The notes under the pieces: generated by a model | What the model saw: only the letters and a program-made list of their open reading frames with translations | Database searches by the model: none | Told to the model about the DNA's origin: nothing | Shown: piece after piece, positions 55,470-64,000 of the stretch | How positions within the stretch are numbered: the first letter of the stretch is position 1 | Layout: every line of letters starts with the position of its first letter | Position numbers and translations under genes: made by a program | NCBI GenBank assembly: GCA_964016885.1 | Contig: OZ024743.1 | Span: 348,316,001 to 348,380,000, forward strand | Direction of reading: 5' to 3' | Length of the DNA: 64,000 bases | Origin: Eledone cirrhosa | Lineage: Eukaryota

Positions 55470-55527
55470 ATACCTGATGATATCACCGGATTCATACGGA
55501 ACCCGGTCATTGAAATGATCATAGTAT
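55470..55527 (+). ncRNA. Type I hammerhead ribozyme
   Basis: atac-CTGATGA-tatcaccgg..ccggtcatt-GAAA-tgatca-TA-gtat. Confidence 0.8.
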
Positions 55528-55573
55528 AATAAACCTTTCAAGGATTTACTTAAATCCAGCCTCCTGTCATTTC

Positions 55574-55611
<38 letters not shown>

Positions 55612-56308
55612 ACCGTATATATATATATAACGTATATATATATAACGTGTATATATATATATATATATATATATAAATGAGAGGTATAGAGATTGTTTTA
55701 GCGAGAAGCTAATAGTATTCTATAACATATATGCGACTATAACGTCAAGATGGGAAAAGTAGTTAACGTAAGATTTAGGAAAAATAATTCAAACTCATCT
55801 CAAAAGAGAATCAGGATATAAATTCATCCACAGAATTTAGTGAAATCCAGGGAAAAATCAATAGACCTTTAACTCATGATAAAATTAAGTTTAAAACACT
55901 TATCCTTCAATTTGGAATAACATCAAATGCTCTGTATATTCTTAAAAGACTATTTCATGAAATTTTTCAGTGGAGATGGTCACGGTTGGATTTCAATCGT
56001 CAGCAGAGCTCAACAGAAGCCAGGGCTCTCACAGTATTATAATCCGAAAAAAGGAATTCTAAAACTGGCTAGTTCGCCATCATGAGTAATTATGAAAAAG
56101 CACATGAGGAAAAACGGGGCTAGTGACGTCAGGATGAAAGTGAATGTTTATTTACAAGGAATAGCAGTCAAATACATTCTGAAAAAAACTCTACAAAAGG
56201 AGTTCAGCAAATAGTAATAATTATCACAGCTTTTATAAAAAAAACCGGGATTAGTCACAGATAGTTTAAGCATTCTAGGAAAAGAATCCGAGTATAAGTA
56301 TAAATGAG

Positions 56309-56361
<53 letters not shown>

Positions 56362-56374
56362 TACTCTGTAATCT

Positions 56375-56657
56375 CTTCCAGCCATCCGGTTCACTTTGCC
56401 TTACATCCTTACGGTGGTCTATAAAATAAAGAACCAGTAATGCACTGAGTAATTGCAGGCCTTGTGCCAAAAGTAGAAACAATTATTATTATCATTATTA
56501 GGGTCGGACGCCCTGCTTTCCAACATAGAGTTACGGCCCTTTATGATCTGAGTTCAAACCCGCCGAGTTTAATTTACCTTTCATCCTTAAGGGGTCGATA
56601 AAGTAAAGTACCAGTAATGCACTGGGATAATTGCTGGCCTTGTGCCAAAAGTAGAAA
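56375..56657 (+). mobile_element. Two tandem partial tRNA-derived SINEs
   Basis: catcctta.gg.ggtc.ataaa..accagtaatgcactg..ggccttgtgccaaaagtagaaa occurs twice. Confidence 0.75.
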
Positions 56658-56759
56658 TAATAATAATAATAATAATAATGATTTCTTTATTGGCCACAAG
56701 GGATGACATCAAGAAAAACATTACAATAATAATAATAATAAGCAATAATAATAATAATA

Positions 56760-57036
56760 AGTCTCAGTTAACTGGAAAGTTTGTTGAAATGAATATCAAG
56801 CCACTACCTGCAGCCTCAGATATTCAGGACGTATCGGAGGGTTCTAGCTGTTCCCAGCAAGCATGCCTTTTGAAGTGTTCCAAAAAAGCGGGGCGGGGCC
56901 AATTATCTTTAACCATCCCTGGAGACTTTTTGAGATAGTACCTAGTGCGCCTATGACAATCGGGACCACTTTGACTCCATGGCAGTTCCAAATCCTTTTT
57001 ACCTCCCACTTTAAGTTCTGGTACCAGTTAATTTTC

Positions 57037-57073
<37 letters not shown>

Positions 57074-57410
57074 GCTGTCACTATTCCTTGAATCTCAGTC
57101 ATTGATGTTGGTTAACTGGAAAGTCCGTTGGAATGAATATCAAGCCACTACCTGCAGCCTCAGATATTCAGGACATATCGGAGGGTTCTTGCTGTTCCCA
57201 GCAAGCATGCCTTTTGAAGCGTTCCAAAAAGCGTGAAGGGGCCGATTTTCTTTAACCATCCCTGGAAACTTTTAGAGATAGTCCCCAGTGCGCCTATGAC
57301 AATCGGGATCACTTTGACTTCATGGCAGTTCCAAATCCTTTTTACCTCCCACTTTAAGTCCTGGTATCGGTTAATTTTCTCCCTCTCCTTCTCTTGCACT
57401 CTCGTGTCGA
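56760..57410 (-). mobile_element. Two tandem, heavily 5'-truncated R4/Dong-type LINE 3' ends in (ATT)n
   Basis: EKINRYQDLKWEVKRIW..IPIVIGALG..LQKACLLGTARTLRYVL (57160-57399); second copy 56760-57035. Confidence 0.85.
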
Positions 57411-57453
<43 letters not shown>

Positions 57454-57699
57454 GGTTTTTGAAGCGAATGGACGTACTATCGTGAGCTCGTAAGTTTGCT
57501 TTTTCTACGGTTTAAAATACGTTTGTTATTAATATGTATGTTTGTTTCAAACAGGAAATAAGACTTTAGTCTTTTCCCCCAAGAAAGAACTCCCCATAAT
57601 ATTTGGGCCTGGTGGACCAAATTTTTAAACTTTGAGTGTTTAAAAGAAATTTGTTTATAAAAAAAAAAAACATTGCGGAGCCACGCCCCCAGCTTTGAG

Positions 57700-60600
57700 T
57701 TTGCTGTCTTGCAACGAGTGACCCTTTGAGGCTAATAACGCTGCCCCCCGCCCCCGCGACAATTTTAAAATGTAACAACACATCAGGCAATATCACCAAC
57801 ACCAGCACCAACAACAGTGAGAACAAAAATGACAACAGCAGCAATAGCGGCATTAGCAAAAGCAGTAAAAAAAAAATACAGTCAGGAACAAGAACGACAA
57901 CAGCACCAGAGGAACGACAACAGCACCAGCAACAACGACAGGAAAATCAACGACAACAACACTAACACCACAAAGAACGACAACAACAATATCAACAACA
58001 GTGACAACCGCAACAACTGCAACAACAACAATAATGACAATAGCAGCAACAATATGCACGAAAACAACAACGAAATTAACACCACTAGCCAGAACATAAG
58101 CGGCGAAACCTCCAGCAGCAGCAATACCAACTGCACCGAGAGCGGCAGCAGCGGCGACACCAAAGATATAGCCGGTTGCAACAGTGATAGCAGCAGCAAC
58201 ACTAACAGGAACAACGACAACAACAACACCAACGACAACAAGAAGAACACTTTCGCTGCGGCAACAGCCAAGAAATGGGCATGCTTCAACATGGACTTAA
58301 CAGACAAGGAACAAAGTTGGCCCAGGCATGGAAACTCATTAAACAGGAGCAAAGCTGGGCCAACTTAACTGTCCCGGCAGAGGCCATAGAAGCGGTGGAG
58401 AAGAGAACACTGGTCTTCAGATGCATCTCAGCTGAGATGAAAAGAACCACAAACTCTCCACAAGCAGACATCGAGGCTGCGCTGAGGTGCATCAGTGGAG
58501 ATACAGAGTTCGTAGCGAGGGTCAACAATACGGCACTATTTCGGTGCTGTTTAAGTCGGAGGCCCTCCTTTTGAAGTACTCGACGACCCCTTGCAAAAAC
58601 AACAAACCAAAAAGGTTATTATGTACAATTAGAGCCCGCATTCCCATGATTCCACCTGGACTAGACATGTGGTGGCTCTTGGGATGCGTGATTGTGGTGC
58701 GGTCAGATGCCGCTCTAATAGTGGTAACCAGGACAGGAAGAGAAGACAGATCAAACCTGAAGAAAGAAAGAAAATCCCGGAGCAGATCCGCCTCCAAAAG
58801 TGATGGCTGAAGAGAAAAGGCTGCACTGTTTCAGTTGCGGCAAAAAAAAAAACTTGCGAGCCTTCTGCCCTCAGCTGTTGAAAAAGGTCAAAAATCTCCG
58901 CTGCTGCCGACGACGGGGCTTCATCGTGAAATAACAACACTAACAACAAGATCTGCAGCAGCAACACCAGCAGAACCAACAACAACTGCAAAGACAACCA
59001 AGACCATACAGGGGCCACTCCAAAGAAGCTCTCCCGTCCCCTCCCTCTCGAACACACAAACACACATTGAAACACACACACCCATACACGCACTGCCACT
59101 TACATCTGACACAAACACAGAAACCTTTGCATCAGTAAGCGAAAATGAGGAGGAACACCGAAAGCCAAGAAAACAAAAGAGAAAACACAAGAAGAAATCT
59201 CACACACCAACACAAACAGCAAACAAAGACACATTCGCACCAAACACAGACACACATACTACAACACCATCCCCCGCAAAAACACAACCGTCAACACAAA
59301 CACTGTCTCCACTAACACAAACAACTAAAAGAAAACACACACAGCAACAACTTACAACCAAAACAACACCTAACTTCATGTTAGTGAGGAAATCGTAAGA
59401 GGGGGAGGCGTTTAACACCTGCACATTCAGGGTGCAACAAATAATTTTGCTGGTGTGAATGGCACTAATCAATTATAAAACAATAAGGGAATGCTTCCCC
59501 AACGACGTGGGAACACCCAGTGTAAAAGCCTCAAGTAGGCTTTTAAAGGGTTCCCCAAAGAAAGCCCACCAACTATGGAGGTCGAACCACCCGACCTTCA
59601 CCAGAGCCCGGGAAGTAAGTAAACCTTTCCTCTCTCTTTTAGCCTGCCAACATGGCCATATTAAGAGTAGGATGTTTAAATGTTCCAGGCTTTGGATCGT
59701 CGTGGAAGCAGGGTCACTTGCTCAACGATCTCAGGTCTCTAGAAATGGATGTAATTGCCGTCAGCGAGACCAGGACTTCCGACAGGCGCGCACTAGCCCC
59801 GATTTTCGACAACTATCAGACCTTTGCATATGTTAGTCGGCCGGGAATGGGAGGGGAGGGGCAGTGCTGTTTAGGAAAAGCCTGGATCTCGAGGTAAGGT
59901 CGATCTTCCAGGACCCGGACGGTAAGTTGGTGGTGCTGGACGTGAACAATAGCAAAGGTGTTGCCATTAGACTGGTGGCCGTCTACGCCCCCTACTGGGA
60001 CATGACAGGTGGATTTCTTTAGGACCCTGGAAGCCTTTCTCGGAATATCGCGCTCTTTACTGTTAGAGGGGGACTGGAACGACATCTTAGACGCTCGCTG
60101 GGACTGTGTGGGAGTATCCGATAGGAGAGGGGGGGGGGTTACAAAAGACTCAAGTACCTGATCAGCCAGTTCTAACTGTCTGACAGGTACCGACTGGATT
60201 TCACTAATGCGACAGTGTGAACCTGGACAAATCGTTTAGGGACATCTAGATCGTACTTAGATATATGTCTAATAAGATTAGTGCATAACGATAGTATAGG
60301 GTGTCCACAATTACATACGGTCACCTATTCAGATCACAAGTTTATGATCTGTATAGTCGACCTAGATAATGCACGTAGGTTAGGACCTGATTACTGGAAG
60401 CTGAACTTGTCATTTCCGGCACGTAAGTCTTACAGGGACCGGGCCAACAATTTAGTTAAGAAAAAGTTGACAGAGGGGCGTCGTCAACAATAGATGGAGG
60501 GGGGGGGGGGGGGGGCTTCTCAAAAGTGAGATTAGAGTAATTTCGATAGGAATTAGTAAAAAAGTAGCATTAGAGAAAAATAGAAAGGAGAGTGAGCTGG

Positions 60601-63115
60601 TAGATAAGTTAGATGAAGCTAGTTGTAGTAACATTGCAACTGACGTGCTAGCGGCGAGAATGGCATTAGATCATTACTTCAATGCGAAACACGAAGGTTG
60701 CATTGTAAGAGGTAAGGCGCCGCATGCTATGAAAAACAAGGGAACCAAAGCTGTTTGATGGGCCCTCGTGGCAGAGGCGCAGCATGGTAATAAAACCACG
60801 ATTCAGACTTTTGACGGACCGAGACAGGCACGAGCTGAGCGATTCCAAACGGATGTGTGAGGCTTTTCTCCAACATTTGGATTTGTTGTTCGGGGGATGT
60901 GGCAGGTCAGAGACGGTGGCAGACTTCAGTCCCTACCTCGTTGGCTTGCCGCAACTCTCGATGGCCGACGCTGAGCGCTGCGAAAGACCGATTATTTCAG
61001 CGGATATTCAAGATGACTTTGTCGGCTGCATGAGGCGCAAGTCACCCGGTTTGAACGGTCTGCCCTGCGAACTTATGATGCCAGACTTGTTCCCCAATCT
61101 CCTCGAAGCGTCCTACTGCAACTGGCAGCAGAACGGGGTATTCCCAGTTATGTGAGCCTGGCCGTAGTGACACTGATAAGGAAAGACGAGAACAAGAGAG
61201 ACACATTAGACAATTTCAGGCCCATAACTCTGGTCAACATAGAGTTTGCGATTTGGGCCAAGGTTTTAGCGAAGAGGATTAACACTTATCGTCGACGATT
61301 TGGTTGGGGAGGCGCAAAATTGCGCCATCCCAACCAGGTCCATACACAAAAACCTCCACCTGATGCGATACATCATAGAGAGGGTAGGTGTAAACTTGGC
61401 TTCGGTTGGGCTCTGATCAATTTAGATCAATCGAAAGCATCTGATAGGGTCGACCATCGGTACATGGAGGCTGTCCTCAAGGCGGCTGGCTTCAGGCCCG
61501 TCTTCAGAAGCTGGATCGCTGCAATGAACAGCGGCATCTGCTCGGTGGTCAAAGTTAATGGCCACCTCAACCGTTTCCGATCTCCCGATCGCTCCGTTAA
61601 AGGGTGTCCTTTCTCCTCCCTTCTGTACGTATTGAATCTCGAGCCTATTACTGCGGAAGCTGAGCTGTTGTAGGGCATCCCGCTCGAACCGGGACGCGGA
61701 AAGGTTGTGTCGGCTTATGCGGACGACATCACCGTGATTGTTTCGGACAACTTAGATATCGAGGTGGTCAGCAACTTATTGGAGGAATATGAAAGGTTGA
61801 AGGGAGCAAAACTTAACCCGGAAAAGTCGGTGGGCTTGCAACTCGGCACCTGGAGAGGCAAGTCCATGCCGACCAACAGCGTCGACGGCCGCTGGACGGA
61901 CGGACCGGTAAAGTTTCTCGGGTTTGGTTCGGGCCAGACCTCCAGGTGGATAAGAATTGGGACGAGGTGACGGACAGGGTAGCCAGTCTCACCCAGCAAT
62001 GGGTTGCGAGGAAGGGATGGTCCACCTGCTGCCAGCAGCCTCTACGTGGAGGGTTGGGCATGCCGTGGCTAATGATGCGCAGACACGCGCTGAGGCTGCG
62101 GCATCTCCAGATATTCTGCCTAAACGGAGAACAGGTGTGGTCGTCGTTTGTTAGACGTAGCTCGTCTCTTTGACTAAGCTGCAGTCCTTGGTAAAGAAGA
62201 GACCGAGACTGGGTGACTGGCATCTGGAATGCTGCCAGTCACTCACATCCCTCTACCAGGCGGGCAATGCGGTCAGTGGAACTTCCACTCTCAAGTTCTA
62301 TAGTGGATTAGTGGTGGGCATATGCGACGACGTACTCGTAGAGGCTCTGGGCGTTGAAGATATCGAACAAACCAGTCTGTTCCGGAGGACTTTGGAGCCG
62401 GGGACGATGGATATCTTCCAGAAATCCCTCGCTTGGAAGTGCTATCGGGGTGCATTGCCGGTGAGATAAACTCTACAGGCGCGGAATTTATTCAGACGGA
62501 TTTGCCTGAGATGCACGCAGAGCGTCGAAACCGTTCTGCACGCACTCGTCCAGTGTCTGTGCATTACTGACTTGTGGAGTTATGTCGAAAAGCTGTTGTC
62601 GCGTGTAGAACGAATCCGGCTATCGACCGAGTCCATAGTGAAGATCGACCCGCAGCCTTCCATTGGCCAGGAAGGCAGGCAATTTTCCTGTCTGGTGGCA
62701 GTAGCAAAAGAGGTTGTATGGTGGACGAGGTTGAAAAGACGGAATACAGACACTCTGACTGAATACAGGAAGGTGAGGGTGGAGAGAGAAGTGCTGCCCC
62801 CCAGTTCATTTGCTGAAAGGTGGGTGAATGTGGCTACTCTGTGTGAGTAGGCCTACTCTGATCATCCGCCTGTAGGTGGGTAAATTGGAAGAGGAGAGGG
62901 GAGCCCTCCCCGGATGCTTTCGAAGCGTCGGGTCGTTCAGGATTGGTGGGGTACCCTGGGTGTTCATCACCCCCTATTGGGTAATTTTTCTTGTATTTTT
63001 CTTGTTACTTTGTTATTGTTATTCATATTGTTTACACGTTGTATATGTAAACCCGCACTGTCTCAGTCGTTTGTATTGTCCCCTATATATCGGCCCTTGT
63101 GGCGAATAAATGAAA
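57700..63115 (+). mobile_element. Near full-length decayed Tx1/L1-clade LINE (copy 3)
   Basis: ORF1 remnants (QQYGTISVLF..ARIPMIPP); ORF2 homologous to copy 1; AATAAA at about 63105 then (ATT)n. Confidence 0.85.
59652..62875 (+). pseudogene. Tx1 ORF2 (APE-RT-CCHC) with multiple frameshifts
   Basis: GCLNV, VSETR, YSDHK, KSPGLNGL, NFRPITL, KGCPFS, AYADD. Confidence 0.9.
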
Positions 63116-63145
63116 TCATTATTATTATACATATATATAGATACC

Positions 63146-63180
<35 letters not shown>

Positions 63181-63200
63181 GCACACACACACACACACAC

Positions 63201-63280
<80 letters not shown>

Positions 63281-63392
63281 TTGTATATACATTCAACCGG
63301 ATGGCTGGAACAGGTAAAGCAGTAAGAGAGTAATATATTTCTATATACATATGCATATATATGTATGTATTATATATATATATATATATATA

Positions 63393-63477
<85 letters not shown>

Positions 63478-63638
63478 AATTAGTATAGCTACCAACATAT
63501 TTATACAGAAGTATACTTATGCTAGCAAGATATGTTTTTTGTTAGTAACTTTGTGGTTCAATACAAAAATGTAGAACAATTATATGAAGGACGTAAAATA
63601 AGAAAATTATAATAATTAACTTACTTACTTAAGTTTCA

Positions 63639-63716
63639 CTCCAACTAATTAGTTTCTGAAAGGGGATATACATAGTGTTCAAATCGATGGACAATTCCTT
63701 TCTTCATCAGGAAGTC
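63639..63716 (-). ncRNA. Type I hammerhead ribozyme (mirror copy)
   Basis: Near reverse complement of 63921-63998. Confidence 0.75.
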
Positions 63717-63920
63717 AATTCTATGCTAAGATCTCAGGCGATCGGCGGACACAGGGATCTCAAACAAAAATAATTCAGTGAATGGAAAAGAAGCAAGCGC
63801 GGACTAAATTTCAAGACACTGAACATTTTCAGGCCGCGCTTGCTTCTTTTCCATTCACTGAATTATTTTTGTTTGAGATCCCTGTGTCCGCCGATCGCCT
63901 GAGATCTTAGCATAGAATTG

Positions 63921-63998
63921 ACTCCCTGATGAAGAAAGGAATTCTCCATCGATTTGAACACTATGTATATCCCCTTTCAGAAACTAATTAGTTGGAGT
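63921..63998 (+). ncRNA. Type I hammerhead ribozyme
   Basis: actcc-CTGATGA-agaaagg..cctttca-GAAA-ctaattag-TT-ggagt. Confidence 0.8.
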
Positions 63999-64000
63999 GA

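Larger units (their letters stand above)
55248..55583. mobile_element. Fold-back palindrome with mirrored hammerheads and a one-sided tail (55110-55247)
   Basis: Arms of about 165 bp, apex 55414-55421, (TA)n flanks. Confidence 0.9.
63637..64000. mobile_element. Fold-back palindrome with mirrored hammerheads (runs off the window end)
   Basis: Arms of at least 165 bp around spacer 63803-63833. Confidence 0.9.

Noticed and set aside
55830-56130. Protein-like open stretch EFSEIQGKINRPL..
   Set aside because: No recognisable motif, internal stops and no clear splice donor.
57780-58260. Asn/Thr/Gln-rich ORFs at the 5' ends of Tx1 copies (also 7273-7677)
   Set aside because: Low-complexity (CAA)-rich leader of the LINEs, not independent genes.

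Overview
AT-rich eukaryotic non-genic or intronic DNA. The microsatellite load and the SINE/LINE repertoire resemble a coleoid cephalopod such as Octopus; that assignment is inference. No intact host gene is recognisable. The window holds three decayed Tx1/L1-clade LINEs, several 5'-truncated R4/Dong-type restriction-like-endonuclease LINEs, RTE fragments, tRNA-derived SINEs, a Helitron-like non-autonomous element and at least four Penelope-like element (PLE) remnants (RT or GIY-YIG). The main unexplained signal is a set of about 10 sequence-unrelated, non-coding fold-back palindromes (0.1-1.5 kb) embedded in (TA)n tracts. Most carry a type I hammerhead ribozyme motif mirrored on both arms, usually with a minimal, self-complementary stem III. 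In total more than 20 hammerhead-like motifs from about 12 families were read by eye, including recurrent non-canonical cores (CAGAAGA = U4A in two unrelated families; UUGANAA = U3-A8). This looks like a diverse community of (TA)n-targeting, ribozyme-bearing, PLE-mobilised hairpin retroelements. All folds were paired by eye and none was computed or tested.
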